Position numbers and translations under genes: made by a program. DNA of 64,000 nt, from contig JBHGNT010000006.1 of NCBI GenBank assembly GCA_043228905.1, forward strand, positions 18,166,001 through 18,230,000, written 5' to 3'. Under the pieces are notes generated by a model that saw nothing but the letters and a program-made list of their open reading frames with translations, did no database searches and was not told where the DNA came from. Positions 1-12,526 of this stretch are shown here, piece after piece. How positions within the stretch are numbered: position 1 is the first letter of the stretch; every line of letters begins with the position of its first letter. This DNA is from Azolla caroliniana. Taxonomy: Eukaryota; Plantae; Polypodiophyta.

Positions 1-51
1 AAGTTCCTCACTTCATATTGCAAGAGTGCAATATTTTAAACTAGGGGAGTA

Positions 52-527
52 TGTTATGTACACATAACATTGGTGAGGGTAGGTCACTAATATTTACATT
101 AGTGAAGGGTATGTTCTCTGATGTTAAAAAAGGGGCTAATGTGATTGAATAGAAGGAATGATAGATGCATGCACTATCATGATTTGGGCAACCAATGAAT
201 GGAGACCATTTTAGAAAGGCGCATCTATTCAAGGGGCCTAGGGAAAGGTATAAATATGAGGCTTAGCTACCCTCATAAGCACATTACGTCGAAAGGCGGC
301 TATCTTAGAGACCGGTGGTGTAGGCTAGGCTTTCGTCTCGACGATCATGGTTATCTCTTGCAAGGTATTAGTCATCCTAATATCCGACGGTATGGGATGT
401 CACTGGTAGGTTGGCTATGTCTAGATCATAGCTTGCGGGGTGGTCGGGTGGAACAGGTTCTTCTATCCAATCTATTTTCCTTCTTTTACTTTACTTTGGT
501 CTATTTATTAGTAATAGACTCTTAACA
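52..527 (+). mobile_element. 3' LTR of a Gypsy/chromovirus (family D), preceded by a PPT (~38-51)
   Basis: TGTTA...TAACA termini; AAACTAGGGGAGTA immediately upstream; TATAAATA at ~249; clearly homologous to 19930-20416 and, in reverse, to 27520-27971 including the PPT-side flank. Confidence 0.8.
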
Positions 528-942
528 ATTTTCCATCCGGACAAAACTGTGATCTCCGGCTCTGTAGGATGAGAAACACTTCCAGTCGGGGGTTAGGTGG
601 AATGACGCTACGGAGTCTACCACCCATGTCGTTTCATCCCTAACAAGATGCAACTCACTCTCCTCGGTGATTAGCAGCAGTTCTTCCTCACTTGTTGTGA
701 TCGCCATCGTTTCTCTTCTCTCTGAAATCTTCTTTGGTTTTGGATCGTCGATTTTCCCTTTTGCTTTCCGGAATGTTGGCAATTCTTTTGGATGTTCCCC
801 TACTTTCTGCAATAAAAGCAAGTGCGCCTCCCCGTTGATTTCGACCTCGTCCCCGATTTGTCCCGGTTCTAGGGGCTACGGTTTCGGCCTCTTCCCCAAT
901 TATGATCTTCTTCAATAACCAAGTCCTTCGGATCGGTTCCAG

Positions 943-1737
943 TGTCGTGCCTTTCGGCACCGGATCGTTGCATGAGTCGGGTGGGAATTGCTGGGGTTTT
1001 GGACGAGGAGGAAGAATTTGAGATGAATCTAGTAATGAATAGATTTTAAGAAAGAGATATAAAAAACTTTGTGAATCCCACGAATATAATTTATTTTATT
1101 AGATTAATCAATATTAAGATAAGAATATGAATTTATATTGAAAGAGAGAGATATAGAAACCTCGTGAATCCCACGAGTATAGTTTATTTCGTGAATCCCA
1201 AAAATATAATTTATTAATTGGTGCTTTTAGAAATATATCCAATTTCCAAAAGATTTCACACTTATTACATTGTGCTCCTCATCCTTATATATGATGAGAG
1301 AGTCTGAGCAATCCATGCTTTTTCTATAACTATAAACTCCATGCTTTTTCTATCAATAGATTATATGCGTTCTCTAACATGCTTTTTCTAAACGTGATCA
1401 TGCTTTTTCTAACCTCGCGCATTTTTATTGACTATAGTTTTTATGCACGCTAAATGTGCATGTGTAGCTTTTTTCTATCATGCGTTTTTCTTTTAACTAA
1501 AGCTTTTTCCTAGAAAATATACGTGAAATAAACTTTCTATGTGGGATATTTACTTTCTTAAAGCTCATGACGTGTTAGTGTAATGGTAAGCCTTCAAATT
1601 ATTAACATGGAGGTACAAGGTTTGAATCTTGCCCTATGCATGTAAAATATATTTTACTATTTCTTTCTTTTTCTTCATATTTATTCAATCGATTATTTTA
1701 TATGTTTTTCACATAGTGTACGAAATACACTACGACA
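943..1737 (-). mobile_element. Solo LTR of a TGTCGTG-type Gypsy family inserted into Copia A-1 gag
   Basis: TGTCGT...ACGACA inverted termini; host gag sequence resumes on both sides (compare the uninterrupted homolog at ~16021-16050); internal subrepeats gtgaatcccacga x3 and catgctttttct; TSD not clean. Confidence 0.75.
1576..1640 (+). promoter_or_regulatory. tRNA-like Pol III A-box/B-box module within LTR U3
   Basis: A-box-like TAGTGTAATGGTAAG (1576) and B-box-like GGTTTGAATCT (1619); 43-nt spacing as in tRNA; T-rich sequence downstream. Confidence 0.55.
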
Positions 1738-2659
1738 CTGAACTCCCGGTCTTTCCGGCGTGCTTCTTCGTTTAAAAACCTTGACTTCACTCTCACTAGG
1801 GATAAGTTCTTTCCTTCCGGTCCGGCATTGTCTAGAGTGACAACCAACGTCTCTCAGCTATTTGGAAGGGACCCGAGCAATAACAATGCCAATACCTCGT
1901 CGGCTAACGATACTTCGAGTGAGGTAATATGGTTTATCATCCCTTGGAAGGTGTTCATATGCTCTACCATGTTGGCATTGTCTTGATACCGGAGCCTCAC
2001 TATCTTCCGGAATACCGAGACCCGATTTACGACGTTCTTGCTCATTAGCATCGTATCGATCTTCTCACAAAGCTCATTGTCCTTGTTCTCTTCATTAAAG
2101 TTGTCGACATGCTCATGCCGATGAAGCACTGAATGTATGTTGTTGTTGTCATGTGCATTAATTCCCATGTTGTGGCATCGATCTTGTCTGGTCTTTTATC
2201 TCCGAATTGTACCGATAACCAAAGACCTTTTTCCACTAACATGTCCCTCACCTTCGACTTCCACACTGGGTAGTTGGAGCCGGTGAGCTTGAACATGTCG
2301 CCGAATGGATCTTCCATGTTCTTTCTTTGTTTGAAGTTTACAACTTCGCTTTGATACCAGATTGAGTGAAATAGTGCTCGACCACAATTGAGTCTTAAAC
2401 ACTCAATGGAAGTGACAAATCAAAAATGAAGATTAGTGCACTTACACAGAATGAGATGACACTAGAGGTTAGCGTGGAAACCCTAATCGGTAAATACCAC
2501 GGGAGCCCCCAAACTCCAACTATCACTATGAGAGGAAGGATACAATGTGAGACTCAGAGGCAACAACCTCGAGCTCTATGTCTTCGCCAACCAGTGGTTA
2601 CAACAGAAAATACTTTTGTTTCTCTCTTACTCACTCTCTGTTCCATGTTATATACATGT

Positions 2660-2795
2660 TAGAGCCCATACCGTTATCTGTCATTCGAACCATTGCTTCC
2701 ATGCAACTTAGCTTACATGCATTGCGATGTGAGATAGGGCGTTGGGGCACAAGTGATGAGAGTACTCGGCTATGTACACTTTGCCCTAAACAAGT
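2660..2795 (+). mobile_element. Fragment of a non-LTR retrotransposon (LINE) ORF2 C-terminal region
   Basis: Translation IRTIASMQLSLHALRCEIGRWGTSDESTRLCTLCPKQV resembles the RLSxHxLxxExGRW...RxCxxC motif at LINE ORF2 ends. Confidence 0.6.
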
Positions 2796-4506
2796 CGCAT
2801 CCGGAGGGAACAATTTCTCAACAAGAACTTCTTTTGCTTCATCCCCAGCTTGCGTTGTCCTGTTCTGGTGTCCAATCCTTCTTCGGTTGGTTCGGTACTT
2901 TGTCCGAATCTAGCTGGTTCACTATGGTCTTCGGTTGACATCTGGCTTCCAACCGGATGGATCCTTGTATCTTCCAAACGATCTCCATCGGTCAACTCAG
3001 AGGATGCTATCTTCTGCTCCAATTTCCAGTCGGCAATGGTCTTGTCTTCCATGAAGAGTATATGCCTACTCCGGATCACTTTCTTTTCGGCTAGGCTCCA
3101 CAACCAGTAGCCGAACTCATCATCACCGTATGGTAGGAATATACATGGTTGAGTCTTCGAGCCTATTTTTCCCCGTTTCTCTTTTGCGATGTGCACTTAA
3201 GTGAGATAGCTGAACAGTTTTAGATGCCGGTAAGAAACATCTTTACCAGTCCATACTCTCTGTGGTATGTCTCCGTCCAAGGGCTTTGATAGTGATTTGT
3301 TTCTCACGTACGTTGTCGTCATCAACGCCTCAACCCAAAACAACTTGGAATGTGCAAGCATACACCAGACTCTCTCCATTAACGTCTGGTTCATTCTCTC
3401 GGCCAGTCTATTTAGCTCTGGTGTCTTCGGCACAGTGAATTTGAGCCAAATTCCCTTCGACCGGTACTACTCCTCGAACTACGCCTGGTATTCGCCTCCA
3501 TTCTCCGCTCGAACCACCTTTAGCTTCCAGCCGGTTTCTCTTTCTACTCTTGCATGGAACTCCTTGAAGACAAATAATACCTAGTCCTTCGTCTTTAGCA
3601 TGGCTACCCACAACTTTCAGTTCTGGTCGTCTATGATGGTTACGAAGTACTGTGATCCGGCATGTTACTTCATGTCCAATGAGTATACGTCGATATGCAC
3701 AAGTTCCAACGGTGGTCTCGACCGGAATGAGGTCCGGTTCTGCTTGCCGGCCAAGAAATCGGTGCACTTCGCAAGGTGCATGTTTTTCACCTCTGGAATG
3801 AGGTTATCTTCGTCGAGTCTCTGCATCCTCTTCTGGCTCATGTGACACAGTCTCTTGTGCCACAGCCCACCGGCAGTGTCAGAAGCTATGTTCACCTCCT
3901 CCCGGCATATGCGGGCATGCATTAGGTACAATGCATTGATCTTCCGGGCTCAGGCCACGATCAAGCTTCCACTGCAAAATTCATTGTGCCATTTTGGATG
4001 CTACCGATGTAGCCTTCATCATCTAGCGGACCGGTTGATATCAGGTTCAGTCGAACCTCCGAAATGTGTTAGACATCTTTCAACAACAGTTTGCACCCAG
4101 TTGACATTGTCAGCCACATATCTCCTATGCCAACAATTCGGCCTGCTCCTTCATTCCCCATCCTTACAATGCCATGATCTCCAGCTCTGTGGGATTAGAA
4201 GCACTTCTAGTCGGGGGTCAGATGAAATGACGCTCCGGAGTCGAGCACCCATGTTGCTTCCTTGATGACAAGGTGCAACTCACTCTCCTTGGTTATTAGC
4301 AGCAACTCCTCTTCACTTGTCACAATTGCCGACGTTCCTCTCCTTTCCAGAATCTTCTTCGGTTCTAGACCATCAGCTCCCCCTTTGGCTTTCTGGAAGT
4401 GTCGACATATATTCTGGAAGTGCCCTGACTTTCCGCAATAAAAGCAAGTGGGATTCCCCCTTGACTTCGACCCCATCCCCGACTTCTCCTGGTTCTTGGG
4501 ACTTCG

Positions 4507-4995
4507 TGTTGTTTGGCCGACAATCGACTATGTTGTTGACACAGTATAAGTTGAACGTTGCTTACCGAATGTTCTATCAATGAATTGTGGTTAGGCGAAT
4601 GAATATTAAGTTACTATAATACTATCGATGTTATACAGACATCGAGATCGTTACTTATGTAATATAGTTATATCAAGATGGAAATAGATTAACAAAAGAA
4701 TAAATAGTTGCACACCGAGATTTTCCTAAAACTAAACTTATATTACTAAAATAAACGACAGTTTTTACAATGCCTTCGATTCCTTTTATAGGCAACCGAA
4801 AAGACTTCCTCATCAAGAAAGCATACTGCAATATCGGCAAGAATTCCAAAATTTGTAACTAACTATATTTTCGGTTTTAATTATATTCGGCAAAATGCTA
4901 ACTCATCGATTCCCCTTATTGATCTGACTCCGACTCCGACATTTCCGTCTCTGACGCTTCTCCACTTGTCCGACTGCCGCTTTGTCCGGGAAACA
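4507..4995 (-). repeat. 3' LTR of Gypsy P
   Basis: High similarity to 15504-15969; TATA (ctataaaagg) on the minus strand. Confidence 0.9.
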
Positions 4996-4997
4996 CT

Positions 4998-5012
4998 TGG
5001 CACGCCCGTGGA
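4998..5012 (+). other. Inverted PBS-like tRNA-complementary site at the expected PPT position
   Basis: CA-ct-TGGCACGCCCGTGG; near-identical to the element's own PBS TGGCATGCCCGGTGG (minus strand, 15478-15492). Confidence 0.7.
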
Positions 5013-5479
5013 CCAGGGCCTTGCCCGGCGAACCCACGACACCCTTCTATTCCTGCTTTTCGGAAGGAAGGTCCTCGTCCAATTCGTCTTCAATGTCGTC
5101 CTACAAAATATCAAACAATGAAGGTTCAGGCTGTTGCACTTCTTCTTCATCGTCGTCTGATTCTTTCGATTGTTGTGTATCCTCAGTTGATGGTTGTGGT
5201 GATGGTGCTACAAGCTCTAGTGATTAAGGGCAGAAAATCGTTCAGCACGAATACATTTCTGTCTCTGTAATGAGACAGAAGAGGAAGGAATAGGTTTTAA
5301 GGAAATAACTCTTTGCATGATGCCTAGGGAATAGAGACAGTTACTATTAATGTAAGTAATAATGTATATTTAGCAATAATGGCTCCACTACTCATTTTTT
5401 AGAGTGTATGCAATACCCTTACTATATTTATAGTCTGACTTAGACTTCCCCAAGATTTCCTCTTCAGACAGTTAGTTAC

Positions 5480-6363
5480 TGTTGCTTTTGCCCAGAATAA
5501 TCTATAGTTAGTCTTCTTCTTCTTCTTTTACAGTTGTGTGATGTATGTCTCGTCACTTTGCGTCGGAATCCACTGTGAATGGGTTTTCTGGCATTGGCCC
5601 GTGATAAGGTTTGAGCTAAAAACCATTTACCCATTTCGATAAAATCTTGCCTGAGAGTGTGCCGACTTGATACGTCCCATTTTTGTTGTGAACGATCCAG
5701 ACTGGTCCTGTCCATCGAAACCGAAGCTTTCCAGGCATAGATCCCATTTTTGTTTGAAATACTAATACCAGTTTTTCGATCGCGAATTGTCTTTCTGTTT
5801 GTCGACAGTGCCGCTCCACAAATGCTTTCATTTGTCGCTGCATCCGCTCTAAATCTGTCATGGCTTGTATCCGACTTTCTTCTAACATCAACAAACCTTC
5901 TTTCCGAAATTGTTCTGACTGTAGCTCATCTAACCTTTCTGTTGCTTGAATTCGGAGTGTCAGAACTTGGAATTCTATTGGCATTACGGCTTCCAAGCCA
6001 AAAGTCATGCGAAAAGGAGTGAACTTGATAGATGTTTTATATGAAGTCCTATATGCCCATAAGGCACTATGGAGTTTTTTATCCCAATCTGTACGATTTT
6101 CATTAACTATCTTCTTAAGTATTGTCTGCAGTGTTTTATTTGTTGATTCCGCTAATCCATTTGCTTGTGGGTAGTACGAAGTGCTTTTCTTATGCACCAC
6201 TGCATAATATGTAGGTAACTTATGTACAATTTTATTAATGAAATGTGTACCTTGGTCACTTACCAATTCTATTTGACACTCAAACCGGCACCATATATTT
6301 TCGTATAAGAATTTGGCTGTTGAGGCTGCCGTATTGTCTTTTAGGGGTTTAGCTTCTACCCGT
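5480..6363 (-). pseudogene. pol: Gypsy P integrase core and C-terminus
   Basis: VSDQGTHF, YYPQANGLAESTNK, ALWAYRT and KLRFRWTGP motifs (ORF 5616-6266). Confidence 0.9.
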
Positions 6364-6736
6364 TGTCATGCAAAATCTGTCACTATGTGTGGATCGTGAG
6401 GCGGAAGGAATTAGGCTCACACGCTTAGCACAAGCAAGATGTACACATGAGAGAAGTAGGTCAAAGAAAATATTCGTTTATTGCAAAAGAAAATGGATTC
6501 TTTATAATTCTAGAATCATGTTACAATGGATTGCATATGAATATGAAAGATCATTCTTGAAAGAAAGGAGCCAACAACCATGTAAGGAGTGGTCCGCTAT
6601 GAATATGAGAGATTCTTCTTCCCCAAGGAATGGGAGAGAGAAGAAGAGAATGGGAAAAAAAATCTAGAGAAAAAAATGGAACATATACGGAGTTCCTTCT
6701 TGATCATAGCCTCCAATGTTCCTTTGCATATCTCCC

Positions 6737-6880
6737 CTTTTAGTTGCATGGCCTCCATTTTTAGCGGCTTGGCCTTTATTTTTAGTTGCATGGCCTCCTT
6801 TTTTAGTTGATTCGCCTTTACTTTTAGTTGCATGCCCTCCTTTTTTAGTTGTTTGACCTTTACTTTTAATTGCATGCGAC
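6737..6880. repeat. Short tandem subrepeat (ttttagttgcatggcctcc-like) within LTR B
   Basis: About four repeated units visible; they produce spurious repetitive ORFs at 6597-6915. Confidence 0.7.
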
Positions 6881-7502
6881 CGTTCGTATAATTCGGCCAC
6901 ATGATCCACAATCATCCATAAAGTTCAGCCTATGTGTAATCCATATGTGCGTCGCAACCAAACCGTAGACGCGTCCGCGCGTGCAAGTCCCGACCGCGTA
7001 GTGTACGCGTCCGCGCACACATGCGTCCCGACCACATTGTGTACGCATCCGCGCACGCACCCGTACACACACGCGTCCCGACCGCGCCGTACACAGTGAC
7101 CCAAAATCATTTGAGCCATTCATCCACACAGTTTAACCCAAGTCACCTTGAACATTCTGTGCTTCACACATAGACATAAAGTAATACATTCTGGTTCTCC
7201 TTATATAATATGGGATCCAATGTTGTCCTATCTCTATGGGATATCTCACAGTTTGGTTTTTCTTAATCTTCTCAAACTTCACACTCACATAACTTTGATA
7301 CTTGTTTATCCATTTCATGTGTAGTAAAATGCGTTCTGAAGCTCTTGAAGACTTCCATCTTTCGTACTAATCCATTTAAGCTAACCTAAAATAATTATTT
7401 CATTACTTTTCTTATTGTGTTTAAAAATGCACACGACATTCACCCTCACCAAACCTGCACATCCACCGGTATGTGCCAATTGTAGTGAGGTTCCTCTTTT
7501 GA

Positions 7503-8810
7503 TTATTGTTTTTCAATCTCAATGGCCGAGGCTACATCGTCTAGAGCTTCGATTTCAAGATTTGGGGCCTCTCTTCTCTTAAAGATCTTGATTCTCTTTC
7601 CTGCAATTGGCAAAGCAAGTGATGTACCATCCAGTTCTACTAAACGATATGTTGCATTATCTTCCACTTTCTTCACCACATATGGTCCAAACCATCGTTG
7701 TGAAAATTTTCGAGCCGTACTATGTTGGTTGTCTAGGCTACTCTCGTAGACCAGCACCCAATCTCCTTCAATGATTTTCCTTGGACGAAGTCGATGTCGT
7801 TTGTTGAAGTCAATGTCGTTTGTTGAAGTCTCTCTTGTTCTTCAGCCGCGCTTTAGCCACTTCAATATCTTCCAACTTCCGCTCCAACTGTCGAATCCTC
7901 AATGCTAGAAGATCTTCTCTACTTATCTCATCTTGCCATGGCAATGCAAACCATGAAACAATACTTTGTTCCACTGGCATTATCGGTTTCTGTCCGAATA
8001 TGAGCTATGCTAGCATGTATCCCATCACCATGCTATGAGTAGTCCTGTCAGCCCATAGTGCAAATCGCAATAAACGTGGTCATTCTCTTGTTTTCCCATG
8101 GCAAGCTTTCATTACAGCCTTCACAATCGGTCCATGTCCATGTTCCACTTTCCCATTTGCTTCCAGATTATATGCCGTGGTAAGAGATAATTTGATTCCC
8201 ATCCTAGATAAAAATTCTTTAGCTTCCTTGGCGTCCAACTCGCCTCTATCAACCACTATCTTGCCGACGCATCCATATCTACAAATAACATCTTCAAGAA
8301 GGAATATGCATACTGATGATGTCTCCTTAGTTCTCAATGCTCGCCCTTCAACTTGATTGGTAAGATCCTCTCTCGCGAGCACAAGATACTTCATCTACCA
8401 TCGCCCTATTGGCATCATTACGATGTCCACCATCCACTTGTAAGGCATAGCCAACGGGTAAGTCGGATGAAGTTCATCTCGATGACGAACATTTGACATT
8501 CCTTACATGTTTCCACATAAGCTGCTACATCTTTGTAGATGCCCGGCCACCAATATTTCTCCTTAAGCTTCGCGAACGTCGCCCATATTCCTCGATGGCC
8601 TGCAAAAACACTATCATGAAATTCGGACATTAGTTTTTGTCGGTCTTCCAGCTTGCAGACAACTCTCATCGGAGTCCCATTCTACTTTTTTGCATGCCTC
8701 CAAAGAGATCCATCCTTCTTCCAAATTCGGTGGAGGTCTTCTGTCGACCATGATTGATCTTTTTGGAGAGAACTCAACTATTTCCCGATCTCCACAAATT
8801 CGCCTTCGTA
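7503..8810 (-). pseudogene. pol: Gypsy integrase (zinc-binding domain, core, C-terminal GPY region), decayed
   Basis: EFHDSVFAGHRG...CKECQ, VVDRGE, AYNLEANGKVE and RKFSQRWFGPY motifs. Confidence 0.9.
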
Positions 8811-10451
8811 TCATCAAGGTATGTCGAGTCATCCTCGACAAATCTTCCGTCGCGAACTCCATTAATATTGATCTTTCAAACTCTGACCACGTTGTCTTGT
8901 CGTCTTGAAGCTCGATGACATGTCTTTGGATGTTGTTGGCAACAACTCTCTTGAAGCTTGCGATTTGACGTGCTTCGAACATGTCCCTTTGATTCTTCTC
9001 CTTTCTATATGCATCAAGGAACTTCGTAATGTTCCTTCCATCAAATTGACCCTCGAGCTCAACAACACAGTCGACAGCCTTCTCACACTCTCATCGTTGT
9101 CTCGAGATCTCATCATTTGTTCGACGATCAACATCATCCTTTCAAACTCTCCCGCTTGGTTGCTTGAGGATGCCATCTCCAAGTATCCGTTGATCCTCGA
9201 TTTGATCCTTCCTGCCGCCTCTTTCAAGTCGGGTTCACCACTTAATTATGTCGTGAAGATCCGTCACTACATGCGGATCGTGAGGCGGAACCGCCGGGGT
9301 TCTGGACCGGAAGGACTCAAATTTTGCACTAACTTTAGCGAGAAAGGAATTAAGATAGATTGAAAGAGAGAGAGAGAGATTTAAACGCTTGACTTTGGGT
9401 CGAGAGAGATTGATATGGCGTAAGAGAGATAGAGAGAGATTAAGATTGGACCCTTGACTTTAGATTTAAGAAACAAGATACACCATCAATTGGAGAACGA
9501 ATTTTCTTCTTCTTAAATTCTTGAATAATACATAGCACCCCATTTGATCTTTTTCATCCACCCTTTTATAGATGCTCCCATGCATATGATGCATGTGAGG
9601 GTATAAGACATGCATACTATGCATGGAATGCATGTGATGCATGTTTCCCATTTGGCGCTCATGCATCACATGTCACTCAATCAAGCTCTAATATGAGAAT
9701 TTACATGTAAAACTATAATGATAAGAAAAATATTTTTAATGAAATGTCATAGCCTAGTGGTAAGTCTATAGACTCTCAACATGGAGGTGCAAGGATCAAG
9801 TCTTCACTTGCACTCCTTTTTGAATATACATATATATGTTTTTTATTATTAATGTATTTTTACAAGGCGTTTCTCTGTCCGGTCATCGTCTCGCCGGCTC
9901 CGTCGGTCGCCGTCGCCGAATGATGCCGAATGCCAGATCCCGGTCGCTGCATGCCGATCTCGCCGGCTCCGTCGGTTTCCGGTTACCGTCGATTACCGTC
10001 TGATCCATCGCCGGATGCTGGATGCCGCCGACCGTCGTCGTCTGATCTGTCCAAAACTCATAGTTATATGCATTTGGCTACATCCATTCATTAAGTCATA
10101 CAACTTAACCTTTCTATGCTCCACACATAAACACAAAGATAATTGCTTTTGCGCTGCATTATATATGGTGGGATCCTTATTTGTCCTGTCTATGTGGGAT
10201 ATCACATTGTTTTATTTTTCTTTTCTTCTTTGCAAACTTCATACCCACATACCTTGACACTTAGATGTTTGTTTCCTACATAGTAACTGCATTCAGAAGC
10301 TCTTTAAGACTTCTATCTTTTTGTACCAAGATATTAAACTTATTTAAAATAGTATCTTTACTATTATTGTTTTATATTTCGTGAGAAGAACCACACTCGA
10401 TTTCGTATGTTCCTTACAAGTTTCACACTACCGCCGAAAATCTTCACGATA
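8811..10451 (-). mobile_element. Truncated TGTCGTG-type Gypsy element C (5' LTR 9249-10451, PBS 9228-9240, gag N-terminus) nested in B
   Basis: TGTCGTGAAGA / TCTTCACGATA termini; PBS TGGTGAACCCGAC; gag fragment (QIASFKRVV...WSEFERS) paralogous to 12079-12387. Confidence 0.8.
9750..9821 (+). promoter_or_regulatory. tRNA-like Pol III A-box/B-box module with a T-run in LTR C U3
   Basis: TAGCCTAGTGGTAAG (9750), GGATCAAGTCT (9793), TTTTT (9817-9821); homologous to 1576-1640. Confidence 0.6.
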
Positions 10452-10479
10452 GCGCAAAGGCTGCTCCATTATCCAACAC

Positions 10480-12526
10480 CTTGGTCTCCATCCGGGACGA
10501 TGTGATATACGGTTGTCCTAGGATGGCAGGATGCGAAGTCGAGTCTTGCACGAAAAACTGTTGATCCATCTCCACATCCCTAATCGTGACTTTAACATTG
10601 GGTCAAGCTCCGTACAAGTCCTCTGTGGCCTTCGTTGTCGCTCGAATCTTCCATCCATGGTTTGTATTAATCGGCCATCTTCCATTCTTGTAGAACTCGG
10701 TCGACATGAGGTTAATCTCCGAACCATCGTCAATCAAGGCTGCCACGGTCTCTTTCTTCTCCCCGATCTTCACCAGTGTCTCTTTTGTCGCTCTTGCCCA
10801 ATGAGGTCGAGAGTAATGGTTGTCCGCCATCACTCCTTCCTCCTTTTCCGATCTTGCCATGGTTATGGCACTTGTTTTCACCTCCTCTTCATCTGATTGT
10901 TGCCGCTTCCGCTTAATCAGGTCCACGATAGTATCATGGAATTCCTTCTAAGCGATCCCAAGCAGTTCTCTCAAAGTAAGGTCGACATGACTTTCTAAAA
11001 CCTTCTCTTCAAGGACCTTCCACAAGTCAATTGTTTGTTATATGTCTGACCTTAGCTTGTAAGTCGGTGTCGTTCGTTCTTTTCCTTTCTTCACAGATTC
11101 ATCGACTTCCATTCGAGAAGGTTGGCTTGATCCACCGGGCTTCATGCTTGTTTCTCCTATCTCTTTTCGTGGCATAGGTTGCACTTGCCCTTCTTTCCCT
11201 GTGTTTCTCATATTGTGATGCTTTGATGTGCCATCTTCTTCATTAGTTTTTTTCCTCTTCTCTTCGACAAGAGCTTCATAATTGTCACACACAACCTCCG
11301 CAAAGCTTGTGTTATCATCGACTGGATCCGACCATCCGGTAACTCGTCACACATTTCGATTAGCAAGTTTTAGATCCTCCAAATTGGTTTTGCCTTTCTT
11401 TTCACACTCGAAGACTGTTGGACAAAACCCAGCTCCTAGCTTTATCGTCTTTAGATTCTCTCTTCCAACTCGTATCCCGACCGATGTGGCATAGTGCATA
11501 ACTTCCACATGCCTTGCGTCTTCCTCCTCCACTATCTTTTTCAGCCCACCTCTTCCAAAGTTCACTCGTAGTGGCTTTTGGGTCTCGCTCGAATGAATCA
11601 TGTTGCCGTCCAAATAGATGACATTCTTACGAATCGCGTCTTGCAAGTCAGTGCACTCCCTTCGCGAGTGCTTGAAGTTGTCGCACCACACACATCTATA
11701 CGCTTCTTTTCCCTTGGGCCCACGTCGACCTAAGTTGGCCAGCGATACCGCTTCAAACTTCTTGGAGAGCTCTTCAATTATAGAGTCCTCCATCACTTTC
11801 TTGTCGAAATTGTTGATTGATTTGTTAGGCTCGATCGTCATAGGTGCCTTCCCTCTCCACGATTGTGGATTCTCCATATCAGTTTCCTCTGGCCATTGTC
11901 GACGCCTATCAAGACGGCTACAAGCCTTCTTCACCGCCGCCCAGTCCGCTACCAAACCATTTGGTTGCGTTTCGTCCTCCAAAAAACTGCCCAATTCTCG
12001 TTGGTCTTTCGTATCCACCGCCTTCAAAAATAGCAGGACTTTATCTCCATCGAGAACTCGTTGATCAGCACTCATAAGTCAATTGTACTTCTGGTCGAAT
12101 TCCGCATATACTCCTGACACACACTGATTCTTCCCTTTCTTATCGATCCAAATCATTAGCGTATGCCAAGTCATCCGTGACGAATCTTCAAGCATGTATT
12201 CAACAAGAAGCGCCTTTTCGAACTCCGCCCAAGTTGTATGCTCGTTCTGGATCTCCATGATGTGCTCGCGGATCCCTAGTTCCACCACACGTTTGAAGCT
12301 AGAAATTTGTTTGAGATCGTTGACATCCCTTTGCTGCATCTCGTTCCAATAGGTACCAAGGAAATCCGTGATGTTTCTTGCCACCAAATCGTCCAGCTAT
12401 CTTGACTGTTCGATCAACAGCTTTGTCGATTAAAGCCTCTCGATCTCTCACTTTCAGCATGTATTCCACAATAGACACCATGCCTTTCATTAATTCCTCT
12501 CCTTGAGTTCCACTTGTCGAAGCCAT
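10480..12526 (-). pseudogene. gag: Gypsy B gag and aspartic protease, decayed
   Basis: MASTSGTQGEEL start; CVWCDNFKHSRREC zinc knuckle; ALIDDGSEINLM protease. Confidence 0.85.

Larger units (their letters stand above)
528..2660 (-). mobile_element. Truncated Ty1/Copia element A-1 (partial 5' LTR ~2361-2660, Met-i PBS, decayed gag and protease start)
   Basis: Gag N-terminus MEDPFGDMFKLTGSNYPVWKSK, zinc-knuckle remnant, protease motif WVVDSVASFH; PBS tggtatcaaagc at ~2348-2359; homologous to the element at 40466-46036. Confidence 0.85.

Noticed and set aside
6597-6915. Repetitive Lys-rich proteins
   Set aside because: Translation of LTR tandem subrepeats
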